IMG/VR virus record: IMGVR_UViG_3300022074_000006 | Span: 69,293-133,292 of that record | DNA: 64,000 nt | Strand: one strand, 5' to 3' | Origin: a virus | In this document: positions 45,668 to 55,700 of the stretch, piece by piece | Layout of the letters: each line of letters begins with the position of its first letter | Position numbering within the stretch: the first letter of the stretch is position 1 | Made by a program: the position numbers and the translations under genes | Notes under the pieces: generated by a model | The model's database searches: none | What the model was told of the DNA's origin: nothing | What the model saw: the letters and a program-made list of their open reading frames with translations, nothing else

Positions 45668-48147
45668 CAGGAAAAACTTACACTTTTGATCAAGCAATTG
45701 CTGACTCCACAAAATACTTTGGAGGAGACGAATTAGCTGCCAGTGTTTTTGTGACAAAGTATGCACTTTCTGACGGGAATGGACAACTAGTTGAATCAAG
45801 CCCGGATCAGATGCATAGGAGGCTCGCGAAAGAATTTGCAAGAATAGAAGCAAACTATCCAAACTCTCTTACAGAGGATGAGATTTACAGCATGCTGGCT
45901 AATTTTAAGTACATTGTGCCGCAAGGTTCACCTATGTCAGGAATTGGCAACAAGCAACAGTTTCAGTCTCTCTCAAACTGTTTTGTTATTGATTCTCCTA
46001 GTGACTCCTATGGCGGCATCTTAAAAGCTGATCAAGAGCAAGTTCAAATTATGAAACGACGCGGCGGCGTTGGATTCGATATCTCTTCTATTAGACCGAA
46101 AGGCTTGGCTACTTCAAACGCTGCAAAGACAACTGACGGTATCGGTGTGTTCATGGAAAGATTTTCCAACAGCTGTCGTGAGGTAGCTCAAGGAGGACGT
46201 CGAGGTGCACTGATGCTAACGATCAGCGTTCACCACCCAGACATTGAAACTTTCATCAATATTAAAAGAGACTTGTCTAAGGTGACAGGGGCTAACATTT
46301 CAATTCGATTGACCGATGAGTTCATGAATGCTGTCAAGAATGACGAAGATTTTGAGCTAAGGTTTCCTGTTGACAAAAGCGCTGAACACACAGTCAAGAG
46401 AACAGCATCGGCATCGGAGATATGGGATTCTATTATAGAGTCAGCACATGCATCCGCAGAGCCCGGTTTGCTATTTTGGGACAACGTCCTGAAGTATACA
46501 CCCGCTCAAGCTTACGCAGATGTTGGGTTCGATACAATCAGTACAAATCCATGCAGTGAGATCACACTGTCAGCATATGACAGCTGTCGACTTCTTTTGC
46601 TTAATTTGACTTCTTTTGTTGATAATTCATTCACTGCTACAGCAAAGTTTAACTACGAAAAGTTTGATGACTATACTCAGAAAGCTCAAAGACTCATGGA
46701 CGATTTAATTGACCTGGAGATTGAGTGCGTTGATAAAATAATCAAAAAGATCAAAGATGACCCGGAGCCAGAAGAGGTAAAGTCTGCTGAACTTTCCATG
46801 TGGAAAAGAATCAAGAAGGCAGCACTCGATGGAAGACGAACCGGACTAGGGGTTACAGGCCTAGGAGATACTCTAGCGATGCTAAACCTGACTTATGGGT
46901 CAGAAGAAAGTGTTGAAGAGACAGAGACAATCTACAAAGCGCTGGCAAGATCAGCATATAGATCTTCATGTAATCTTGCTGAGGAAAGAGGAGCTTTTCC
47001 TGTTTACGACTTTGAGAAAGAGCAGTCTCACCCCTTTGTTCAGCGTCTCTTCGAGACAGATCCAGAGCTTCAGGTTTTGCACCAGACACACGGAAGGCGC
47101 AACATTGCATTAACAACAACCGCACCTTGCGGAAGTGTCTCTATGTTAACCCAGACCACATCTGGCATTGAGCCTGCTTTCATGCTCAAGTACACTAGAA
47201 GAAAAAAGATTAACCCGAATGATCCGGATGCACAAGTTGATTTTGTGGACGATCTCGGAGATAAGTGGCAAAACTTTACTGTTTATCATCACGGGTTCAA
47301 GGAGTGGATGAACCAGACCGGATTAGTTGAAATTGAAGACAGCCCATACCACTTGGCAACTGCAAATGAGATCAATTGGGAATCTGCAGTTGATGTGCAG
47401 GCAGCGGCACAAAAATGGGTGTGTCACGCAATTAGCAAAACAATCAACCTTCCAAATGATGTCTCTATTGACGACGTCAAAAAAGTTTACTGGAGAGGAT
47501 GGCAAAAAGGCCTTAAGGGCGTGACTGTATATAGGGACGGGTCTAGATCAGGTGTTCTGGTAAGCACTGAAGACTCCGAAAACAGATCAGATTCAGAGTT
47601 TTCAGAGAGAGTAGCTCCAAAGAGGCCCGAAGTTTTGGAATGTGATATCCACCAAGCAACAATAAAAGGCAACAGATGGACCATACTTGTAGGTCTTTTG
47701 GACGGCAAGCCTTATGAAGTTCTAGGTGGATTGTCCGACTTTGTTGAAATATCGAAGAAGTATTCCAAAGGAAAAATAGTAAAGAGGCCTAGAAAGACCA
47801 CAAACTCTCTGTATGATCTTTATTTTGGTGACTCTGATGACGAGACAGCCATTAAGGATCTTGTGAGAGTATTTGACAATCCAAACTACGCAGGATTTAC
47901 AAGGACTATCTCACTTGCTTTGCGACATGGAGCACCTGTCCAGTATCTGGTAGAACAGCTTCAGAAAGACAAAGACTCAGATATGTTCAGTTTTTCTAGG
48001 GTAGTTGCAAGAACTCTTAAGAAGTATATTGCAGATGGCACAAAGTACGGTTCCAAGACGTGCCCTGAGTGTGGTGCTGAAGATTCACTCGTTTATCAAG
48101 AAGGCTGCGTTTCATGTTTGAGCTGCGGTCATTCAAAGTGTAGTTAA
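45664..48147 (+). CDS. nrdJ: Class II (adenosylcobalamin-dependent) ribonucleotide reductase
   Basis: PQGSPM, LSNCFV, RRGGGVG, TNPCSE (radical Cys), TAPCGSVS, SKTINLP, VYRDGSR, C-terminal CPEC...CLSC; no beta subunit nearby. Confidence 0.92.
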   Translation: MTGKTYTFDQAIADSTKYFGGDELAASVFVTKYALSDGNGQLVESSPDQMHRRLAKEFARIEANYPNSLTEDEIYSMLANFKYIVPQGSPMSGIGNKQQFQSLSNCFVIDSPSDSYGGILKADQEQVQIMKRRGGVGFDISSIRPKGLATSNAAKTTDGIGVFMERFSNSCREVAQGGRRGALMLTISVHHPDIETFINIKRDLSKVTGANISIRLTDEFMNAVKNDEDFELRFPVDKSAEHTVKRTASASEIWDSIIESAHASAEPGLLFWDNVLKYTPAQAYADVGFDTISTNPCSEITLSAYDSCRLLLLNLTSFVDNSFTATAKFNYEKFDDYTQKAQRLMDDLIDLEIECVDKIIKKIKDDPEPEEVKSAELSMWKRIKKAALDGRRTGLGVTGLGDTLAMLNLTYGSEESVEETETIYKALARSAYRSSCNLAEERGAFPVYDFEKEQSHPFVQRLFETDPELQVLHQTHGRRNIALTTTAPCGSVSMLTQTTSGIEPAFMLKYTRRKKINPNDPDAQVDFVDDLGDKWQNFTVYHHGFKEWMNQTGLVEIEDSPYHLATANEINWESAVDVQAAAQKWVCHAISKTINLPNDVSIDDVKKVYWRGWQKGLKGVTVYRDGSRSGVLVSTEDSENRSDSEFSERVAPKRPEVLECDIHQATIKGNRWTILVGLLDGKPYEVLGGLSDFVEISKKYSKGKIVKRPRKTTNSLYDLYFGDSDDETAIKDLVRVFDNPNYAGFTRTISLALRHGAPVQYLVEQLQKDKDSDMFSFSRVVARTLKKYIADGTKYGSKTCPECGAEDSLVYQEGCVSCLSCGHSKCS

Positions 48148-48166
48148 GAAAGGACGCTGAGTTTAT

Positions 48167-48769
48167 ATGATACACAAAGTAACTGTTTCACCTCTCATCA
48201 AAGAAGTCGAACTTAGAAAAAATCCTGTCATCTCCAGAGTTAATGAGTTTACTGAAGACTCTGCCAAAAAATTTCATGCGGAGGTTGCACAGGCTCACAG
48301 TACAGGTCAGAAAGTTTTGCCTGTTGTTATTGACTCTTATGGAGGTCAAGTTTACAGTCTTATGTCCATGATAGGTGCAATCAAACATTCAGAAATCTCC
48401 GTTGCAACCATCGTTGAAGGAAAAGCGATGAGTTGTGGGGCTATTCTGTTCTCTTTTGGTGAAGAAGGCTTGAGGTTCATGGATCCAAATGCAACAGTCA
48501 TGATTCACGACGTAAGTTCTATGGATTGGGGTAAGGTTGAGGAGCTAAAAGCAGGCGCTGCAGAAGCTGACCGGTTGAACAAGAAAATCTACACAATGAT
48601 GGCTCGAAATTGCGGCAAGAAAGATGACTACTTCATGAAGATTGTTGACAAGAAAAAGCACGCTGATTGGTTTCTTGATGCCGAAGAGGCAAAGAAGCAC
48701 GACCTAGCAAACCAGCTTAGACTTCCTAAAATGACAATAGAAGTTGCTGTAGATATTGAACTAGAGTAA
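48167..48769 (+). CDS. clpP: ClpP-family serine protease
   Basis: IDSYGG, GKAMSCG (Ser), VMIHD (His), DWFLDAEEA (Asp region). Confidence 0.88.
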   Translation: MIHKVTVSPLIKEVELRKNPVISRVNEFTEDSAKKFHAEVAQAHSTGQKVLPVVIDSYGGQVYSLMSMIGAIKHSEISVATIVEGKAMSCGAILFSFGEEGLRFMDPNATVMIHDVSSMDWGKVEELKAGAAEADRLNKKIYTMMARNCGKKDDYFMKIVDKKKHADWFLDAEEAKKHDLANQLRLPKMTIEVAVDIELE

Positions 48770-48779
48770 AAGTCAGCAT

Positions 48780-48786
48780 ATATTTA
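48780..48786 (+). promoter_or_regulatory. Putative late-promoter motif ATANTTA (ATATTTA)
   Basis: At the switch from replication genes back to giant virion genes. Confidence 0.55.
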
Positions 48787-48854
48787 AAAAAGAGCTAGGT
48801 TAACGCATCGCGCCACTAGTGTATATTTGTTTGTTTGTTTTAGTTGAGTGAAAT

Positions 48855-51800
48855 GTGACTGCTTTACGTGTAATAAGCCCGTCAGGGTCAAATGGTGCTA
48901 TACAGTTCAAGAGTCAAGGCGACTTCGACGGTGACGAAAGATTTTCATTTGACGGAAGCATTAAGACCATGTATCTCACAGGGTCTGCGATAATCAACAG
49001 CGTATCAGGTTCTCTTACACAGCTTTCTAATGGCGATCCATACTTGCATGCCGGGGCAAACATTACACTTGCAACTGGGTCTGACGGTTCCGTGACTATA
49101 GCCTCAACAGGAGGCGCAGGAGGAGGAATTGGGGCTGCTGAAGACGGAACCTACGAAGATGGTTTGTTTACCGACTTTGCGGCTGGAACACCCGTAGGGA
49201 CTGCTGTAGATAGATTTAACGAAATCCTTAAGCTTCTGGTTCCAGCACCTGCACCTGACTTGGATGATATCGATGTAAATGTCGATGGGGTCGACGCCAA
49301 ACTTTCTTTTGGAACAAGCAACGATCAAAGCTCAGAAACACCTGCATACGTAAGCGTAGCAGATTCAGCTGGAGTTGGAGCTGCTGTTGATGTAAACGGT
49401 GACTATGTTACAGCTTCTAGCAGCAACAACTTAAGAGCAGCAGTTTTTGATGGGTCGACTGATATAGTAGGAGATCTTAACGAAGACGTTGGCCAAAACT
49501 TAACGTCCCCTAGTAATCGCGTCAATTTTCCTGCAAATTCGTTTGGTAATGCCGAGCTTGGCTCTTTGATCCTGGAAGTTAACGGTGCTGATCTTTACAC
49601 TTTAGACTTGACAGACAATGCTGCAGGTGTAGGAGACCCCGGGTCTGGAACTGGAAATCACGTCAACGGCAACGGATCCGGATTTATTAACGTATCGACT
49701 AAAAAAGATGGTCAGTTTGACAGCGGCACTCTGTTTCCTACATTCCAACACAGGACAGGTCAATACAGGGTGGCTGCTGCTGATCAGCGCAATGGATGGA
49801 ACTACGTAAGAGTAAAGCACAGCAGGGGCGGCAACACGGTCAATACAAATTATGTTGAGTGGGTAAATGACAACAATGCAGACGCTTTAACCGTTGCAAA
49901 CAACACACTGACAGTCACAGGCCAAGGAAGCACGCACTTGTCAGGAGTTGAATACTTTACGGCGGGTCAAGGAAGATACCAGGTTGACATAAGCAATGTC
50001 TACAAGTACGTTTATGACGGTAACAACATTACGTTTACTACATCCGATGCAGGAACAACTCAAAACATAACATACAGTGCGATTCCTCTAGCAAAGCCAA
50101 GCATCGATACTGGGGCCGGCCAGACTCACACTAAGCAAATTCAAGTAGATCAGACTGACAATATCACAGGAGATTTTATCCTTGGTGGATCCATAACATG
50201 TGGGGTAAACGTAACACATCCTCTTAAAGCTAACCTTGCAAATTCAGGTCAAGCGACTGCATCCGGAATACTGATGTATAATTTAGGAAATACTTCGACA
50301 GACACTACCGAAACATTTCAGAGAGAAAACTTCCGTGTCCAGGCTGCCGCTTATCCAACTCAGGCTTCAGTCGTTGATGCATCGAACGTTTGGAGTTCTT
50401 CGACACACATGCTTGCAGGGCAAGCCGGCCATGACGACGGTTTGCAGTATTTTAACAAATCCCTGGTTTCACCCTTAAACACGATTCACTCCGGAGATTT
50501 TCGAGATGATTCAGACGGTGGAACTCTGATCACCTCTCCTGCTTCTAATGTAAACTATTCCGTAATAGCAGGTGACAGAACTTTTTTTAGAAGATTTAGA
50601 AATACGACAGGCGCAACAGCATATGACCTTAGCATAGACATGCAGGGCGCCGGAACAATAGTGGCGAATGACGCTGTCCTGGACGGCAATAAGCTTAGAG
50701 TTTTTATTAAGCTGCCTAAGACAACTCAGAACAATGAAACCGGTTTTCTTGATGTTTCCAGAGAGTTTGTATCGGGATCAATTGCAGACAACGATGGTGC
50801 TCATACAGCAAACGGAGCTCTTTCTTTTGATGATTCTTTGAATGCAACTAATTACGTTGTGTTAGGCACTGCTGCCATCCAAAACAATGACTATGTGGTG
50901 ATGAAAGTTATTGCAAATTCATCGTGGACAGGAAACATAAGCAACATTAACGTCTCTTTTAACGCAGGAACAGGAGCTATTCTCGCTGTTCCTGATTTAG
51001 ACGATATTGACTGCAATGACACAGGTGTTGAGGCAAATCTTTCATTTGGATCTTCTAAGTCAATAGCAGGCTACTCAGATTCTGGAGCAGGCACCGGGTT
51101 TGTTGCCGTTGACGTCAACGGAACATATAATGTGTCAGAAGCTGCAAACAATTTAAGACGTGCTGTTTTTGACAAGACTGCAATCATAGAAGGTGACTTG
51201 AACGAAGACGTAGATGCAAATGCACCTGACTTTGTCGCAAATGCATTTTCAGATGCAAACAGAGGAACCTTGAAGCTCGAAGTCAATGGAGCAGTTATAC
51301 ATCAGCAGTCTCTAATCGGAGCCTTTAACGCTGTAGGGGCAGGAAACCCAGGTTCCGGAACAGGAACTTCTCTCAATGCAGATGGTTCTGGATTTATCAA
51401 TTTGAGTGTGTGGAAGCCTGCCGAGTTTGACAATGAAATCCCGTTCTATCCTGAAATCTACAGGACAGGACAGTTTAGAGTCGCAGTTGCTAGTCAGCGT
51501 AATGGATGGAATTATGCCAGGGTGGTTCATACAGTCGACGGTGCAGATAGAAACACCAACTATGTCGAATGGGTAAACGATGGTAATTCAGATGCTCTGA
51601 CCTCAAGCGCAACTGAAGCATTGGCGTCTTTCACAGATGATACTTTGAACTACCTGAGTGGAGTAAAATATTTCACACAGCCCAAAGCAGTGTATTCAGT
51701 CACAGTCTCTAATTTGTACAAGAACGTCTATTCAAATAGTGCGAGTGCTATCTCGTTTTCAAATCTTACAAATGTTACAGGAACAAGAATACAGCAGTCA

Positions 51801-52763
51801 GGAGTAGGACTTTCAGGTGCTAAAGATACAGCGTCTGCTACAGATAGCTTGCAGACGCTTTCTACAAATGCCGATTCTCAAAACGAGACAATCACAGTGC
51901 AGGGAACAGTTCAGTTTTCCAGAGCGAAATCTTTGCCAGGGACATACACCAGCGCATTTAATGCATCAGGAGCCATGACTTTCATTCATCCTCTCAAGGC
52001 AAACCTAACGACGAACACGCTCACAAAAACTAATCTTTTGGTGTATACAGTCTCTAATACATCAAATGAAAGCACCGATGAGCATTTCACTAGTGAGATC
52101 TATAGAGTTCAAGCAGCTTCATATGCGAATCAAGCAGCGACCACATCAGCAGGCAACGCTTGGAATTCGCAGACATCTGTAAATGACAACGCTGGAAATG
52201 CAGGACATGCTACAGGTCTCATTCTGTACGATGGAATGCTTATAAGTCCATTAGACGGCGGCAACGCCGGAGATTTTAGAAATCATGATGACGGAGGTAA
52301 CATTGCAGGACCTTCGAACAATGTCAATTACTCGGTTCTTACACATGCAACTAGAGATTTTTATCGAAGATTTCGTAACACTACTGTAAATGATCGCCCT
52401 AGCATCGGTGTTACAATCTATGGTGACGCAGTTATCGTCGGTAAGGCAGGTGATAATTCTGGAGTTTTGGGATCTAACAAGAACGTGTTCGTTGAATTAA
52501 AAATCCCGGGCAAGACAGGATTCTTGGATTTAGGAAGGCCAAGTGACGGCGGCGGAAACCTATCTGACGGTGATGGCTGCCTGAGCGGTGATTTAGACGC
52601 AACCATTGACGGAAGTGGTGCTACAAATACATGTACATTTAACGGCTCGGGTGTGGACGGAGACCCTTCGGGCGATGGAAATGGTGAGTATATGATTGTG
52701 AAGATTTCAGCCCACAAAGATTGGGCAGGTTACATCAGCAGAATAAGCATAGCTTGGAGCTAA
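48855..52763 (+). CDS. Large virion structural protein built from a tandemly duplicated ~580-aa domain
   Basis: Asp/Asn/Gly/Thr-rich; PDLDDID, QRNGWNY and NTNYVEWVND each occur twice; GTG start. Confidence 0.75.
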   Translation: MTALRVISPSGSNGAIQFKSQGDFDGDERFSFDGSIKTMYLTGSAIINSVSGSLTQLSNGDPYLHAGANITLATGSDGSVTIASTGGAGGGIGAAEDGTYEDGLFTDFAAGTPVGTAVDRFNEILKLLVPAPAPDLDDIDVNVDGVDAKLSFGTSNDQSSETPAYVSVADSAGVGAAVDVNGDYVTASSSNNLRAAVFDGSTDIVGDLNEDVGQNLTSPSNRVNFPANSFGNAELGSLILEVNGADLYTLDLTDNAAGVGDPGSGTGNHVNGNGSGFINVSTKKDGQFDSGTLFPTFQHRTGQYRVAAADQRNGWNYVRVKHSRGGNTVNTNYVEWVNDNNADALTVANNTLTVTGQGSTHLSGVEYFTAGQGRYQVDISNVYKYVYDGNNITFTTSDAGTTQNITYSAIPLAKPSIDTGAGQTHTKQIQVDQTDNITGDFILGGSITCGVNVTHPLKANLANSGQATASGILMYNLGNTSTDTTETFQRENFRVQAAAYPTQASVVDASNVWSSSTHMLAGQAGHDDGLQYFNKSLVSPLNTIHSGDFRDDSDGGTLITSPASNVNYSVIAGDRTFFRRFRNTTGATAYDLSIDMQGAGTIVANDAVLDGNKLRVFIKLPKTTQNNETGFLDVSREFVSGSIADNDGAHTANGALSFDDSLNATNYVVLGTAAIQNNDYVVMKVIANSSWTGNISNINVSFNAGTGAILAVPDLDDIDCNDTGVEANLSFGSSKSIAGYSDSGAGTGFVAVDVNGTYNVSEAANNLRRAVFDKTAIIEGDLNEDVDANAPDFVANAFSDANRGTLKLEVNGAVIHQQSLIGAFNAVGAGNPGSGTGTSLNADGSGFINLSVWKPAEFDNEIPFYPEIYRTGQFRVAVASQRNGWNYARVVHTVDGADRNTNYVEWVNDGNSDALTSSATEALASFTDDTLNYLSGVKYFTQPKAVYSVTVSNLYKNVYSNSASAISFSNLTNVTGTRIQQSGVGLSGAKDTASATDSLQTLSTNADSQNETITVQGTVQFSRAKSLPGTYTSAFNASGAMTFIHPLKANLTTNTLTKTNLLVYTVSNTSNESTDEHFTSEIYRVQAASYANQAATTSAGNAWNSQTSVNDNAGNAGHATGLILYDGMLISPLDGGNAGDFRNHDDGGNIAGPSNNVNYSVLTHATRDFYRRFRNTTVNDRPSIGVTIYGDAVIVGKAGDNSGVLGSNKNVFVELKIPGKTGFLDLGRPSDGGGNLSDGDGCLSGDLDATIDGSGATNTCTFNGSGVDGDPSGDGNGEYMIVKISAHKDWAGYISRISIAWS

Positions 52764-52764
52764 A

Positions 52765-55700
52765 ATGGCAGGTAAGAGTAATAGATCAGCAACATTTTTT
52801 GCTCAAAAGAAGCTTTTAGGAAAGTCACACACTTCAAACCTCAAGACAGATGGTGAAGAATTAATCGGGTCTAACATACAGTCTTCTACATCTCTGTTGT
52901 TCGGCCAAGACATACCGAATAATCCAGCACGTAATCTATATCAACTGCAAGGAACCCCTGCAACTGTCGAATATGTTCAATTCACTTTGGTTGCTATCGG
53001 AGGGACGACATACGATGCAGATCAGTCAGACGGAGGCGGAGGATCAGACGCAGGAGAAGGATCACAATCGTCCGGACCTCACGCATACAAGTTTGTCATG
53101 GATAGCAATTATACAGGCCAGTCAAGTAATCCTAAAGAGGGAAATGGGGTCTTTGACAACAGCAAGGTTGTACACGAAACCTTAGGCGCACTTCAGATTG
53201 TCCCTGGGTTCTATTCTCAAGCAGCACCCAACCCTTACATAGTAAAAATTTACAGAGACAACGGATCAGGCGGTGTAGGACAAGAGATTCCCTTGCTTGA
53301 CAATATTGATTGGAACGTCGACACGTACAACGGTATTCTTTTTGTGCAAGACTATGATGCATCAAAGATTCCTGCTCACGCACGTGCATTTATCTATGTC
53401 GGTGATATGGCGAAGGATGTCGCAGGCGCAAACTTTACTGCTGGAGATGGCTTAGATTTAACAGGAACAGAGTTTAGTTTAGACCTAAAAGCCAATGGCG
53501 GCTTAAAAATTGACGGCGGAGAGTTGACAGTTGAGCCTACAGATTTTGCAGGAACGGGCCTGGAAGACGACGGTGACACTTTAAGGATAGCAGCTGCCGC
53601 AGCCGGTGATGGATTAGGTGGAGGAGCAGGATCAGCACTTTCAGTCAATGTAGACGACGCTACCGTTGAAATAAACGCAGACACAGTCAGGGTTAAAGAT
53701 CTAGGAATAGTAACGGCGAAGCTAGCTGACAATGCCGTAACGACTGCAAAAATAACAGATGCTAACGTCACAAACGCTAAACTGCAAAACAGTGCTGTTA
53801 CAATTGGAGCCACCAGCGTAAGCTTAGGTGGTACTGCTAACGCACTGACCGGCCTAGGTTCGATCACTCTAACAACCGGGCCGACTAATGACTTGCATGT
53901 CGCGACCAAGCAATATGTAGATCAAACTGCTCAAGGCTTAAGCGTCAAAGGCTCAGTTAGGGCAGCTTCTACTGGGAATGTAAACATAGCCGACCTCGAC
54001 GCAGGTCAAGCTTTAGACGGTGTGGCACTGGCGCAAGGTGACAGAGTTCTTCTCAAAAACCAGACCACTGCGTCTGAGAACGGCATATACATCATTAACG
54101 CAGATGGCAATCCAGCAACTAGAGCTCCTGACATGGCAGCTTCATCTGAAGCAGCTGGAATTTTTACTTTCGTAGAAGAAGGATCGACTCACGCTGACAG
54201 TGGCTTCATATGCACAACTGACGATGCAACAGACACCGTAGGTACTCACAACCTGACGTTCGTTCAGTTTTCAGGTGCAGGCCAGATAGATGCAGGAGCT
54301 GCTCTTACTAAAACAGGAAATCAGCTTAATGTAGCTGTAGACGACTCAACAATAGAAGTCTCTGGTGACGCTTTACGGATTAAGGCGTCGGGGGTTACGT
54401 CTAATGAGATAGCAACAAATGCAGTAGGCTCAGATGAATTAGCTGACAATGCTGTGGATACTGCAGCAATAACAGATCTTAATGTCACGACTGGAAAGAT
54501 TGCCGACAACGCTGTTACTGCAGCTAAGCTAGCCGATGACGCAGTAGATACAGCTTCTATTGTGGATGCAAACGTAACGTTAGCGAAAATTCAAAATGTG
54601 TCTGCAAATTCTTTGTTGGTTAGAGATGCAAATTCAGCAGGAGTGCTCACTGAGCTTGCACTTGCAAATACTCAGATAATGGTTGGTGACGGAGCGGGAA
54701 TGAGTGCAGTCTCACTCAGTGGCGACGTCACGATGACAAATACAGGTGAAGTAACAATTGCTGCCGGTGCTGTAGAAAGTGGCATGATAGCAGCAGATGC
54801 TATAGATGGATCAAAGATTGCCGACGATGCAATTGGGGCCGAACACATATCAGCTAGCGCAGTTGGTTCTTCCGAAATAGCAGAAAATGCAGTCAACACT
54901 AGTGAAATAGCTGACAATGCAGTTACAGCTGATCAGATAGCTGCAAACGCCGTCACAACTGCAAAAATACTTGACGACAATGTTACATTCTCGAAAATAC
55001 AAGACATAGCTGCCAACTCGATGCTGGTTAGAGACGCCAACACAGCAGGAGCTGTCAGTGAGTTAACTGTTGGCGACACTCAAATAGCAATTGGCGACGG
55101 CAACGGATTCACAGCAGCATCTCTGAGCGGGGACGTCACAATGACCAATGCAGCGGTTGTGACTGTTGCTAATTCTGCTATTACTACAGCAAAAATGGCA
55201 AACCTTGCTGACATGAAGGTTTTAGGTAATGTGTCAGGAGGAGCAGCGGCACCTTCTGCTGTGTCGATACTTGACGAGGATAATTTAGCTTCAGACAGCG
55301 ACACAGCTCTTGCCACACAACAGTCAGTCAAGGCATACGTCGACGCACAAGTCACAGCTCAAGATCTAGACTTTCAAGGTGATGCAGGCGGAGCGCTTAG
55401 CATAGATCTGGATTCTGAGACTCTAACAATTGCAGGCGGGTCGGGGATAGATACAACCGGCGCAGACAATACGCTTACAGTTTCTATAGATTCTACAGTT
55501 GTTACCCTCACAGGAACTCAGACACTCACTAACAAAACTCTGACAACTCCTGTTATTGACGGCACTATAAGCGGCACTGCGATCAAAGACGAAGATGATA
55601 TGACCAGCAACAGTGCAGCTCACCTTGCCACACAGCAGTCAATCAAGGCGTATGTGGATGCACAAATCACAGCACAGGATCTTGATTTTAGCACTGACTC

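Noticed and set aside
758-48147. Inteins or introns in terL, recA/uvsX, helicase or nrdJ
   Set aside because: Lengths are ordinary, motifs are contiguous, and I saw no intein-terminal or homing endonuclease motifs.
48853-48858. ATG-TGA start-stop minigene overlapping the GTG start of the 1302-aa gene
   Set aside because: A single 6-nt occurrence with no RBS; likely coincidence.
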